A stretch of 64,000 nt of DNA. Source: a virus. Under the pieces are notes generated by a model that was not told the origin of the DNA, did no database searches, and worked only from the letters and a program-made list of their open reading frames with translations. How positions within the stretch are numbered: the stretch's first letter is position 1; every line of letters begins with the position of its first letter. A program made the position numbers and the translations under genes. The stretch spans positions 160,001-224,000 of the IMG/VR virus record IMGVR_UViG_3300045988_179268. One strand, given 5' to 3'. Of the stretch, positions 35,751 through 44,084 are shown one piece after another.

Positions 35751-35836
35751 TACTGTAATTGTTGCTGAGCTTGACCGATTGAGGGCCGAGCAGGCGACCT
35801 GGAAACAGGATGCAAAAGATTTGGAAGGAAACTCTG

Positions 35837-36256
35837 ATGTTTAACTTTATTACCCATGATATTTACGGCTACGGATTCGCGTTTATTGGTTTTTCTGCAA
35901 TGTTCGTTGGCTTTGTCCTTAAGTATATTGTTGGAATGTTGGATAAGCGCAAGGGAACCGATATTGCCAACATGAAGGAAGCAACCTTTTTGTCGCCTAG
36001 TTGGTTCACGTACTGGAGTCTGGCTATCGCCTTTGGTGTGACTGCTGTAGGTGCTTTCCTTGGCGGTAATGGTCTACTTGATGATACCGCCAAGCAGACG
36101 CTTGTCATTATCACGTTCTTCGTTATGGTGACTGGAATCATCTCTGTGCTGGTAGACATCTTTAAGTCATGGGGTAAGAAGGATGACGATGGCGATAAGG
36201 GTGCGGATGCTAAGCGTGAGATTGAGGCATCTGTGGATAAGGTCGCTGGTAAGTAA
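35837..36256 (+). CDS. membrane protein, about 139 aa
   Basis: ATG (MFNFITHD) behind GGAAGGAA. Confidence 0.7.
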   Translation: MFNFITHDIYGYGFAFIGFSAMFVGFVLKYIVGMLDKRKGTDIANMKEATFLSPSWFTYWSLAIAFGVTAVGAFLGGNGLLDDTAKQTLVIITFFVMVTGIISVLVDIFKSWGKKDDDGDKGADAKREIEASVDKVAGK

Positions 36257-36372
36257 AAGGTACCTCTCGCAGGGGGTTTGGTCTATGTGGTGTATAGACC
36301 AAACCCCTTTTTTTGTACCCCTGGACTTGTGTCACACCTCACCACCATTAGACTTGCATGATATTTTAAATC

Positions 36373-36383
36373 TGTGATACGAT
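36373..36383 (+). promoter_or_regulatory. extended -10 promoter motif (TGTGATACGAT)
   Basis: TTTAAATCTGTGATACGATAGG. Confidence 0.65.
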
Positions 36384-36457
36384 AGGTTTATCAGCAAGAG
36401 GTGAGACGAAATGCTCACCCATACAACAAAACATCCCTCGATTGAAAGGTGACCAAC

Positions 36458-36829
36458 ATGGCACATCTCGACCCGACCCTCTACGCAGTAGCAACCGGCG
36501 AACACCTCGACGGTGTAACCCCTTACGCAACCGCCGGTCAGCGCCTAGATGTGGACTCCTTCGACCTTCACGAAGAACTCGACCCCCTGGAAGAGCTAGA
36601 AGTTCGCGTTGCAGACGAAGAAGAAGGCGGCGTTTACACCCTCCAGCTCTTCGCATATGGCGAACCCCTGGTGGGCTATACCCCCGAAGGCGCGCAGTAT
36701 CACGTCTACGCAACCGTGTACACCCTCCAGTCGGATGTGCGCCTTGTACACGCTTTCCAGTCCCACGTAGGCACGGACGCACTTCTCGCAACGACCTACG
36801 TAGACTCTGAACTGTACTTCCAGTCCTAA
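36458..36829 (+). CDS. small acidic protein, about 123 aa
   Basis: ATG (MAHLDPT) behind GAAAGG; overlapping R-rich ORFs rejected. Confidence 0.7.
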   Translation: MAHLDPTLYAVATGEHLDGVTPYATAGQRLDVDSFDLHEELDPLEELEVRVADEEEGGVYTLQLFAYGEPLVGYTPEGAQYHVYATVYTLQSDVRLVHAFQSHVGTDALLATTYVDSELYFQS

Positions 36830-36867
36830 ACCCAATCGTTTAACCACTTTAAGGAGAGCATCTAACT

Positions 36868-37398
36868 ATGCAGACCCGTATTACTGTTACCCCGGAAACC
36901 CTGGTCAAGGCTCACGAACAGGCACGCAAGATTATGGAACTGACCGGCGGGAAGGCTAATGCAACTTTCACCACCCGCTTGGGCGCACGCATTAAGCCTG
37001 ATGCCCTTAACGAAGTCCTGGGTGCCCTCGTGGAAACCCTGGCAGACGGCAACGCCACCTCCATCTCCATCTACCGAACCGAAGTTTCCCCCATCGAAGC
37101 GGCACAGATGCTTGGTACCGACCGCCCGACCATTATGGCACTCATTCGCGGCGGTGACCTCAACGCTGTATCGAGTGGAAAGTACTACTCCATCAAGGTT
37201 ACCGACCTTGAGAAGGTTGCAGGTAAGGTCGAGTCCATGCGACAGCAGAAGGCTTCGCCTGTAGTGGTCAAGGTTGAGGAACCTCAGGCGGCTAATGAGT
37301 CGATTCAGAAGATTAAGAACGCTGTTTCTGTAATCCGAACCAGTGAAACTTTTGAAAAGGTTCAGCGCGCCACCCTCAAGCACTTCTTCCACGTGTAA
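36868..37398 (+). CDS. DNA-binding protein with excisionase/MerR-type HTH, 176 aa
   Basis: SPIEAAQMLGTDRPTIMALIRGGDLNAVSSGKYYSIKVTDLEKV resembles excisionase-family HTH; SD AAGGAG. Confidence 0.65.
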   Translation: MQTRITVTPETLVKAHEQARKIMELTGGKANATFTTRLGARIKPDALNEVLGALVETLADGNATSISIYRTEVSPIEAAQMLGTDRPTIMALIRGGDLNAVSSGKYYSIKVTDLEKVAGKVESMRQQKASPVVVKVEEPQAANESIQKIKNAVSVIRTSETFEKVQRATLKHFFHV

Positions 37399-37412
37399 AG
37401 TTGCAGTGCATT

Positions 37413-37465
37413 AAACCCCCTAGATATTCATCTTCTCGTGAGTATCTAGGGGGTTTGTTTGTTTT
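37413..37465 (+). terminator. rho-independent terminator
   Basis: AAACCCCCTAGATA / TATCTAGGGGGTTT followed by GTTTGTTTT. Confidence 0.8.
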
Positions 37466-37524
37466 CTATTATGCGACACGGCGTGAGTAGCCGCCCTTGG
37501 AGTCGCTATCTAATCGCGCCTGAG

Positions 37525-37558
37525 TAAAAAAGAAGCCTGGTAGGAGGGAAAGGGCTTC
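37525..37558 (-). terminator. rho-independent terminator (minus strand)
   Basis: GAAGCC / GGCTTC hairpin with a T-run on the minus strand, after the stop of 37568-38995. Confidence 0.55.
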
Positions 37559-37567
37559 CTGAGGCGG

Positions 37568-38995
37568 TTAGTAGGCGTACATCATAGCCAACGAGCCTCG
37601 ATGCGACATATAGAACCTCAAGGTGACCAATGTATTATCACTCACACCAGTCACGGCGTTCATCCTCTGAGGGTGGTACGACCCCCACGCCCATGCGGAA
37701 TCATAATTCATGCCCGCAACACGAATGTTTGGGTTATCGAGAGTTGGCTCGCTCATTCCATGAGGCGCGTCAATAGTTAGCTTCTCACGAGTGCCACTAA
37801 CGCCATTATAGACAACGCAATTCTTACCAACTGTGATGCGGTTCTTAACGGTTGTAATGATGCCGCCAGCCACCTGCGCCCCATCGCCAAGCTCAAGGGT
37901 AGCTCCGCCCCTCAGCGCAATCCGACCATCCACAAAAGAATTAGCAGGGATAACGAGCCGCTTATGGGCAGGCACCTCAATATCTCCAACCACAAAAGAA
38001 TCCCTCCATAGCTGGACAGTCTTATTGCGGTGAAGCAGGTAGCCAACATTCCTACCATAGTAAGGCTGGACATAGTAGTGCCCCTTATCGGCAGGGTCAT
38101 TTGAGAGGTAAGAACCTCCATTGGGCATACAACGGCTCTTCTGATACCCATCATTAACAGGTACGTAGTCAAATTTATTATCCCATGCCTTTGTCCAGGC
38201 TTCGTTGGATTTACGCCAATCTCGACGCTGACCACCCTGCAAATAGTAACGCTCACCAAACATGCTAGGCGTATCGCCAGACTCTCCAGCAGTGAAGCGC
38301 GCCCCTAGCGGAGAATAGGGGACGACACGACCCAAAAGGCTGTGAGCATCCAGGTAAGTTAAACCGTGAGGAGGTAGCCCGGTGCCTTTATCGTAAACCT
38401 GACCGTAAACCTTAGCACCCTCAGAAACCTTCACGCTTCCATCAAGCGAAATAATGCTACCAAAGATATGCGCATCCTCTGCGATAGTGATGTCACCCTT
38501 GGCTAGAATCGCCACCGAACACCACAATGGTAACGGTAACTTGTCATAGTCTACGCGGTTCGGGTTGCCCACAAATGCGTTGGAACCCACTAGTACGCCG
38601 CCACCGGCGCTAACACCACCCATAACCAGAGCGCCAGACTTAACGGCTGTAGTCGCGCTTGATAGCATTGAGCCAGTAACTACGCTGTTTACGCCTGCTT
38701 CTAGTCGCCCGTTTGCGGAGTGCATATCGCCTATGACAAAAAGGTTCTCTGGCAGAGCGAAGCTTCGCGGCGTATTGATTGAAGAAAATCCGTAAAGGTC
38801 ATTATTGAGGTAGAGTCGAGCGGCATTATCACAGGTACTTTCCAGGGCGGCATACTCTTTGCGGCTCAACATAGGGGTGACATTCTCACCCTCCCATCGA
38901 ATATTGGAGGGCACAACGTTTTTAGGGGCGTGACTTGTTGCGAATCGCCACCCGCCCAGAGTAGTCTCAGTAGTGACGTTGCCTTTCAGTGGCAT
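37568..38995 (-). CDS. beta-helix-repeat-like protein (bactofilin/hexapeptide-like segments), about 475 aa
   Basis: Start moved to ATG (MPLKGNV) 7 nt after GAAAGG. Repeats such as GSIISLDGSVKVSEGAKVYGQVY and FVDGRIALRGGATLELGDGAQVAGGII. Confidence 0.65.
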   Translation of the reverse strand: MPLKGNVTTETTLGGWRFATSHAPKNVVPSNIRWEGENVTPMLSRKEYAALESTCDNAARLYLNNDLYGFSSINTPRSFALPENLFVIGDMHSANGRLEAGVNSVVTGSMLSSATTAVKSGALVMGGVSAGGGVLVGSNAFVGNPNRVDYDKLPLPLWCSVAILAKGDITIAEDAHIFGSIISLDGSVKVSEGAKVYGQVYDKGTGLPPHGLTYLDAHSLLGRVVPYSPLGARFTAGESGDTPSMFGERYYLQGGQRRDWRKSNEAWTKAWDNKFDYVPVNDGYQKSRCMPNGGSYLSNDPADKGHYYVQPYYGRNVGYLLHRNKTVQLWRDSFVVGDIEVPAHKRLVIPANSFVDGRIALRGGATLELGDGAQVAGGIITTVKNRITVGKNCVVYNGVSGTREKLTIDAPHGMSEPTLDNPNIRVAGMNYDSAWAWGSYHPQRMNAVTGVSDNTLVTLRFYMSHRGSLAMMYAY

Positions 38996-39043
38996 AAACA
39001 AACCTTTCCGTAGTGAGTAACTAGCATTAAGTGATTATCTATT

Positions 39044-39054
39044 AGTATACCACA
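39044..39054 (-). promoter_or_regulatory. extended -10 promoter motif (TGTGGTATACT)
   Basis: Reverse complement TTTATTTGTGGTATACTAAT; divergent with 39094-39104. Confidence 0.65.
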
Positions 39055-39093
39055 AATAAAAAATCACCCAAGAGTTGCACACTCTCAAATATC

Positions 39094-39104
39094 TGTGGTA
39101 GACT
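39094..39104 (+). promoter_or_regulatory. extended -10 promoter motif (TGTGGTAGACT)
   Basis: Overlaps the ORF-track start at 39095. Confidence 0.7.
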
Positions 39105-39145
39105 ATTTATATAAGTTAAGTTTTCCCTACGGAAAGGCATCAGCC

Positions 39146-39475
39146 TTGTACATCACCGCAAACCACGCAATCAACACCACCGCGAACATCACCGCACAGC
39201 AGGTCTTCGACACCCTCACCGAAAACACCGCTAACCTTGGTATCACCAAGATTACCACCCTCGATGTAGACCCCAACACTGCATACCTCGTAGAAAGCAT
39301 TAACGGCGCATACATGGTCACCTATGCCCCCGGCGAAAACGCTACTATCTACATCAGCCCCGTAAGCGGCATGGAAGACCTCGACCCCAACACTCCTGAG
39401 GGCGAACTGGCAGACGGCTTCGAAGGCTCCACCACCCACAAGGGCATCATCAGCCTCCTCGAAAACCTCGCCTAA
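39146..39475 (+). CDS. small acidic protein, about 109 aa, TTG start
   Basis: Only start candidate after the promoter: TTG 8 nt after GAAAGG. Confidence 0.55.
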   Translation: MYITANHAINTTANITAQQVFDTLTENTANLGITKITTLDVDPNTAYLVESINGAYMVTYAPGENATIYISPVSGMEDLDPNTPEGELADGFEGSTTHKGIISLLENLA

Positions 39476-39526
39476 CCTCAAAGCTTCCCCACAACCAACC
39501 ATCAACCAACAAAAGGAGACATCCTA

Positions 39527-39856
39527 ATGATGAAGATTAAGATTACCGACATGAACTTCCACATCGAAGGCGACACCCTCAACAATATCAACACCTCCAA
39601 CTATGCAGAAACGGGTGAAGGAATCACCATCCCTGACGCACGATTCGAAGTGAACCCCAGCTACGGCGAAAGCTACGAGGTCGAATATCTCGACGGAACC
39701 GTAACCGTCGGAGATTCAACCCACAACATCACTATCGACCCTGGACATGAAATGGGTATGCTTGTCTTCGACATCGCCAACGAAAACGACATGAAGCTCC
39801 TCTATCGAAACGGCAAGTTCTACATCCACATTGACGAACTCAACACCCGCATCTAA
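39527..39856 (+). CDS. small acidic protein, 109 aa
   Basis: SD AAAGGAG. Confidence 0.7.
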   Translation: MMKIKITDMNFHIEGDTLNNINTSNYAETGEGITIPDARFEVNPSYGESYEVEYLDGTVTVGDSTHNITIDPGHEMGMLVFDIANENDMKLLYRNGKFYIHIDELNTRI

Positions 39857-39874
39857 CACAAGAAAGGCGCACTC

Positions 39875-40255
39875 ATGGATGACATGTTCTACAACAACAT
39901 CCCCGCATCAGCGGTACCACTCCACACCTATAATGACTTCACCGTCCCCCTGCAAGTAACACCCTTCAACGGTTGCTCCATCGAGGAAACTGTAGAGTTT
40001 TTCAAGCGAACCATCTTCGATGCAATCCTCACCATCGACACCACCAACAAGCGCTACCTCATTGAGTTTTACCAAGGCAACACCAAGCTAGGGGAAACCG
40101 CCTACAGCCTCCCCAACCCACCCCACTACCACCACCTCGCACTAACAGAAGAACTCTTCGGAGAAATCACCATCCCATACCCCACCCTAGAAGCAGGCTC
40201 AGAAACAGAAGGGGCTAACGCAGAACTTAAAATTCACGCCATCGACATTAGCTAA
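39875..40255 (+). CDS. hypothetical protein, 126 aa
   Basis: SD GAAAGG. Confidence 0.7.
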   Translation: MDDMFYNNIPASAVPLHTYNDFTVPLQVTPFNGCSIEETVEFFKRTIFDAILTIDTTNKRYLIEFYQGNTKLGETAYSLPNPPHYHHLALTEELFGEITIPYPTLEAGSETEGANAELKIHAIDIS

Positions 40256-40289
40256 ATCACAGGCTTACGGCAACAGCTGACGCGAATCT

Positions 40290-40300
40290 TGTGATACTAT
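40290..40300 (+). promoter_or_regulatory. extended -10 promoter motif (TGTGATACTAT)
   Basis: The promoter plus downstream hairpin are homologous to 42790-42838. Confidence 0.65.
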
Positions 40301-40306
40301 ATTCAC

Positions 40307-40420
40307 AGCACCTCATCTGCAAAAACAGGAGGGGTGCCGTGAAACAAACTGTCGAGGAAACCCCCGACCCGCCCTGCACGTGGACGACTCTAACTCATCC
40401 CGGCATATTATTTAGGAGAA
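40307..40420 (+). ncRNA. structured RNA module, minimal copy C (5' leader of the 40430-41707 operon)
   Basis: CACCTC-N16-GGGGTG 40309-40336, then GTCGAGG-AAA-CCCCCGAC-CCGCC 40351-40373. These match the first hairpin and the GTCAGGGC..GAC-CCGCC hairpin of copy A. Confidence 0.5.
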
Positions 40421-40429
40421 ATCATAACC

Positions 40430-40987
40430 ATGCCCCTTTCTACTACTGCAACTTCCATTACTGGTAAGCTTTCTACCACTTTCACCGAACTTCTTGCATC
40501 CAAGGCTTCCTCCCCTGCCTCCCGAAAGGCGAAGATGGATACCGCGACCCGCAATTTTGTCGATACTCTCTTGGACGCTGGCGAGAAGGGTCGCACTCTT
40601 TCACGCCTCGCCTACGATGAAGGCATGTCTGATTCTAAGTGGCTGAGCGAGATGCTGGAGGCTAAGCGCCAGCGTATCGGTAAGCCGGACGAACCGCTCA
40701 CCGGGGTCGAGAACGCCCGCACTAAAGCCATTCTCGCAATCAACACTAAGAAGCGTCGCAAGGCTCTAGGTATCGTCTTCGCCGCCAATTCAATCATGGC
40801 GGCATCCCTGGAAGACGACTTCATCGCCCTGCTTGAGATTGAGGACGACTCCACCTGGATTGAATACGCCCTCACTCGCGGCACTCTTTCACTAATGACG
40901 AACCTTGCTAAGTTTGGCAACTATCTGGCTGACAAGAATATCGCCAAGCTAAAGCGTGAACAGGCAGAACGCGGCGGCAGTCTGTAG
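40430..40987 (+). CDS. hypothetical protein, 185 aa
   Basis: SD AGGAGA; immediately upstream of the recombinase. Confidence 0.7.
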   Translation: MPLSTTATSITGKLSTTFTELLASKASSPASRKAKMDTATRNFVDTLLDAGEKGRTLSRLAYDEGMSDSKWLSEMLEAKRQRIGKPDEPLTGVENARTKAILAINTKKRRKALGIVFAANSIMAASLEDDFIALLEIEDDSTWIEYALTRGTLSLMTNLAKFGNYLADKNIAKLKREQAERGGSL

Positions 40988-40999
40988 GGAACAGTCAAT

Positions 41000-41707
41000 A
41001 TGACCACTCGAAAGCTATTGCCTACTAAACGCATTTATGGGTATGTTCGTGTCAGTACCGCCGGGCAGAATCCTGACCGGCAGGTGTACAACATTCACGA
41101 ATGGGTCAAGGAGAACTATGGTGAAGACGTTTACCACAGCTTAACTCTTGACGGCGCAGATTTTGTCACGGCTGATAAGGTTAGTGGCGCTACCTCAGCT
41201 AATGAGCGTGACGGGCTATCCTATATCCTCGACAATATCCAGCCGCACGATGTGCTTATCACACCTACGGTTGAGAGGTTGGGGCGTGACTCAAAGCATG
41301 TCACAGAGGTGAGGGATATGCTTGAGAAGCGTAAGGTCATCGTTATTTATAGTGACGAGTTGCCGCTTCTTAGCACCCTTGCTACGGAGTCCGGTGAGTA
41401 TCCGCCGGAAAGCTCACTTGAAGCTAACCTTACGCATAAGCTTATCTCGGGTGTAATTTTCGATATTCTGGCGCGTGTTGCCGCATACGAGTACGAAAAC
41501 AGCCGCAAAAGACAGCGCCAAGGCATCGAACGAGCTAAGGCGCGCGGCGCGTACAAGAAACCTAAGTCTCTTACTAACGACAAGCTAGAGGATGCGCGCC
41601 GCAAGATTGACATGGGTATCCCAAAGGCTGAGGTAGCACGTCAGCTTAAGATTAGCCGCGCCACTTTGCGCCGCTACCTTGATGGAATCAGCGTTCCCGA
41701 CGAATAA
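41000..41707 (+). CDS. small serine recombinase (resolvase/invertase family) with C-terminal HTH, 235 aa
   Basis: IYGYVRVSTAGQNPDRQ catalytic-Ser motif, VERLGRD, C-terminal HTH KAEVARQLKISRATLRRYL. Confidence 0.9.
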   Translation: MTTRKLLPTKRIYGYVRVSTAGQNPDRQVYNIHEWVKENYGEDVYHSLTLDGADFVTADKVSGATSANERDGLSYILDNIQPHDVLITPTVERLGRDSKHVTEVRDMLEKRKVIVIYSDELPLLSTLATESGEYPPESSLEANLTHKLISGVIFDILARVAAYEYENSRKRQRQGIERAKARGAYKKPKSLTNDKLEDARRKIDMGIPKAEVARQLKISRATLRRYLDGISVPDE

Positions 41708-41709
41708 TT

Positions 41710-41758
41710 ACAATTCACCCCTCTATGACTAAGCTTCATAGAGGGGTGAATTGTTTCC
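41710..41758 (+). terminator. 19-bp hairpin terminator
   Basis: ACAATTCACCCCTCTATGA / TCATAGAGGGGTGAATTGT followed by TTCC. Confidence 0.8.
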
Positions 41759-41773
41759 ATACACTCGCTAATC

Positions 41774-41784
41774 TGTGGTACAAT
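41774..41784 (+). promoter_or_regulatory. extended -10 promoter motif (TGTGGTACAAT)
   Basis: GCTAATCTGTGGTACAATTATT. Confidence 0.7.
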
Positions 41785-41824
41785 TATTTCTGTAAGGAAT
41801 TTTAGGCAACAGAAAGGCATAGTC

Positions 41825-42763
41825 ATGGAACTTTCCCACGAGGAAATCGCAGACGCTATGCACGACCACTACCGTGAACTCACGCGACTTGAGTATAGTC
41901 TCGTCAGCGTAAGCCTTGAAGCAAGTAAGGCACTCAAGCACTACACGGCAATTATTACCAAATCCATCAACCTCATGGGGTCAGGTCAGTGGTACCCCTG
42001 GCAGGAAGACCGCCACCTACGCATGGTCTGGGCAGTAGTGAAGCAAACTCTCTACAAGACCGACCACTACATCCACCACCTACACAACGACATGAGTGAA
42101 ATGCTCACTAACTGGCATGAAAACTCCAACTGCGTTGAAACGTGCCAGCTTCTACTAGAAGAAGCTGAACAGTATGCGACCACTCGCTTCATTAAAAACG
42201 CTAAGCAGGTCATCCACCGCTGGAAAAACGTTTCACCCATCATTGACGAGATTCTATCCCAGGAGCGTGTACAGCCAGCCGAATACCCACTAGAGGTTCA
42301 CTGCGACGACTACATCACAATGATTAAGGGGTACCTGGAAGCAATGGATGCGGCTACCGACGGAATGATTCAAGCCATGAACATTGTCCGGCGCACAAAG
42401 ACCGTGTACGACCTATGGGATGCTGAGACAATCAACATGAGCACCGGGAAGCCATACCGCAACCGGCAGTACATCCACGACTTCCTCAAGCTTTTCAATT
42501 ATGCGGCAAATGATTCATACCATGAGTACCTGAACGCCCACCATGAGATTCTTTTCTGTTCCGAGACATACAGTCTAGGCGGTGGCTGGGCTGACAACCC
42601 GGAAGGGTTCGCCGGTCGCCTGGAACGCATCACTAAATGGCAGAACGAAAGCCCTGCCATCACTGTAGAAAGTGCAACTAAGGACTTGCGACGCTACAAG
42701 GAATGGTACCCTGACATGCTTAATCTGGTGAATGAAATCGCGGAGAATAATGGGTTTTATTAG
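41825..42763 (+). CDS. hypothetical protein, 312 aa
   Basis: SD GAAAGG. Confidence 0.75.
   Translation: MELSHEEIADAMHDHYRELTRLEYSLVSVSLEASKALKHYTAIITKSINLMGSGQWYPWQEDRHLRMVWAVVKQTLYKTDHYIHHLHNDMSEMLTNWHENSNCVETCQLLLEEAEQYATTRFIKNAKQVIHRWKNVSPIIDEILSQERVQPAEYPLEVHCDDYITMIKGYLEAMDAATDGMIQAMNIVRRTKTVYDLWDAETINMSTGKPYRNRQYIHDFLKLFNYAANDSYHEYLNAHHEILFCSETYSLGGGWADNPEGFAGRLERITKWQNESPAITVESATKDLRRYKEWYPDMLNLVNEIAENNGFY
42705..42759 (+). repeat. direct repeat copy 1 (functional 3' end of 41825-42763)
   Basis: 44 of 55 nt identical to 42981-43035. Confidence 0.8.
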
Positions 42764-42789
42764 GGAAATAAACTAAAACCATTAAAATC

Positions 42790-42800
42790 TGTGATATTAT
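42790..42800 (+). promoter_or_regulatory. extended -10 promoter motif (TGTGATATTAT)
   Basis: TAAAATCTGTGATATTATATT, 9 nt upstream of RNA module B. Confidence 0.6.
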
Positions 42801-42807
42801 ATTCGAT

Positions 42808-42978
42808 AACACCTCGCCCGTGAGAGACAGGAGAGGTGGATAATCTAAACGGGTAGGTAGCTTCGGTTGCCTGTCAAGACCAGGAAAGTTAGCCCTCTTG
42901 GGTTAGCTGGAGGGTCACCGTCAGGGCGAAGCCCTGGCTCATCCCCTGGGTGGCTCTCCCTTACACACGGGGATGACT
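42808..42978 (+). ncRNA. structured RNA module, copy B (no ORF downstream)
   Basis: CACCTC-N17-GAGGTG 42810-38; GGTAGC-TTCG-GTTGCC 42856-71; GTCAAGACCAGGAAAG; GTTAGCCC-TCTT-GGGTTAGC 42888-907; CTGGAGGGTCACC; GTCAGGGC-GAA-GCCCTGGC 42920-38; TCATCCCC/GGGGATGA 42939-76. Confidence 0.6.
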
Positions 42979-42980
42979 CA

Positions 42981-43035
42981 GGTATGCCGACTTGCTAAAT
43001 CTAGTGAATGAAATAGCCGAAAATAACGGGCTTTA
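42981..43035 (+). repeat. direct repeat copy 2: orphan, diverged copy of the last 17 codons of 41825-42763
   Basis: Would encode YADLLNLVNEIAENNGL* versus YPDMLNLVNEIAENNGFY*; a TGA lies immediately upstream in frame. Confidence 0.8.
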
Positions 43036-43070
43036 ATCACCCGACCATATACTACACTCTCCGGCAGTGC

Positions 43071-43125
43071 ATAATAAATGGGAAAACCAATCAATGTAAT
43101 TTTGATTGGTTTTCCCATTTATTAT
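43071..43125. terminator. bidirectional 24-bp perfect hairpin terminator
   Basis: ATAATAAATGGGAAAACCAATCAA / TTGATTGGTTTTCCCATTTATTAT. Confidence 0.8.
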
Positions 43126-43141
43126 AGGCTAGTCGCCTACT

Positions 43142-43612
43142 CTAGAAAAGAGTGGGTTCATAGTCATTAATGAGGTTTCCTAGTGCTGGGCGTTTACGCA
43201 CACCCATGTACTCATCGTGGGTCACGCCTTCTAGTAGACCTAGTTCATAGTATTTAGCTTCGGTTGCAATAATTGCTGATACCATTAGCCTGATGCGTGA
43301 TACGCTGGCGCGCAACATTGAGTCGGATTTGTGGAAGCGAACATATTTAGGGTGTTCCATGCATTCTTCATGTATCCGTGCGTCCGTGTAGGCGTATCCC
43401 TCTGCGTCGCTACTGAGAGGAGATAGTCTTAAATCACCGACAGGGGGTAGGAGTACGCCTTGCCGGGCGGCTTTTAGGTACGACTCAGTGGCATATCTGC
43501 GATTGGTTGTGGCGCATTTTTCCAACGCCATCGCTAATTTAGTATCATTTGACACCCGGAGGGCACCCCCTTCAACATTAGGACTGTGGCTTATCCACCT
43601 GGGCGAAAGCAT
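43142..43612 (-). CDS. hypothetical protein, up to 156 aa (start uncertain)
   Basis: ORF overlaps the upstream gene by 35 nt; an internal GTG or ATG start is possible. Confidence 0.5.
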   Translation of the reverse strand: MLSPRWISHSPNVEGGALRVSNDTKLAMALEKCATTNRRYATESYLKAARQGVLLPPVGDLRLSPLSSDAEGYAYTDARIHEECMEHPKYVRFHKSDSMLRASVSRIRLMVSAIIATEAKYYELGLLEGVTHDEYMGVRKRPALGNLINDYEPTLF

Positions 43613-43958
43613 CAGCGTCTACACGTAGGCGAGTTAGATGCTTGTATGGCTGGCAGTAAATGTTTGTGGCGTGGATATTGTTCGCCTTCATGACATCTAG
43701 TGCTTCGAGTACGTCCGGGTCGGTGGATACAACTTCGCCTGTGACATAAGGGGTTTTAATCTTGCGGTGAACCAAGGGTTTGCCGTCACTGTCATAGAAT
43801 CGAACAATATACTTTTCAGGGTTGTGTGGGTCACGTTCTGCACCGAAACTCTTGGCGTTGGCGCAGATGAACTCCATGAGGGAGCGTCGCTCAAGCGTAG
43901 TGTCTAGCTCTAGGTGAACTTCCAGAGGGTCATCGGCGGTATAAATCTTACTGGTCAT
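43578..43958 (-). CDS. hypothetical protein, 126 aa
   Basis: Clean ORF; weak SD. Confidence 0.6.
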   Translation of the reverse strand: MTSKIYTADDPLEVHLELDTTLERRSLMEFICANAKSFGAERDPHNPEKYIVRFYDSDGKPLVHRKIKTPYVTGEVVSTDPDVLEALDVMKANNIHATNIYCQPYKHLTRLRVDADAFAQVDKPQS

Positions 43959-44084
43959 GAGGTGTTTCTTCTCTGAGTTGTTTATTGTGCATGTAGTCCC
44001 AGCCTATTGGCTGATGGCTTTATGTATATTATTTTAGCATAGGAGGTTTACCTAAAAACTTTATTCATGCACTAACAGGAAAAA

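Noticed and set aside
36366-36847. Arg-rich ORFs (36366-36791 minus, 36442-36810 plus, 36596-36847 minus) overlapping 36458-36829
   Set aside because: They have extreme R/P/L composition. Only the acidic + frame has GAAAGG-ATG and a promoter.
36862-37392. 176-aa minus-strand ORF mirroring 36868-37398
   Set aside because: The + strand product has a recognisable HTH, an SD and a terminator. The minus product has none of these.
37568-41707. Invertible-segment (Hin/Gin-like) switch involving the serine recombinase and the nearby beta-helix protein
   Set aside because: I found no inverted crossover repeats flanking any segment here. The divergent promoters at 39044 and 39094 are ordinary consensus promoters.
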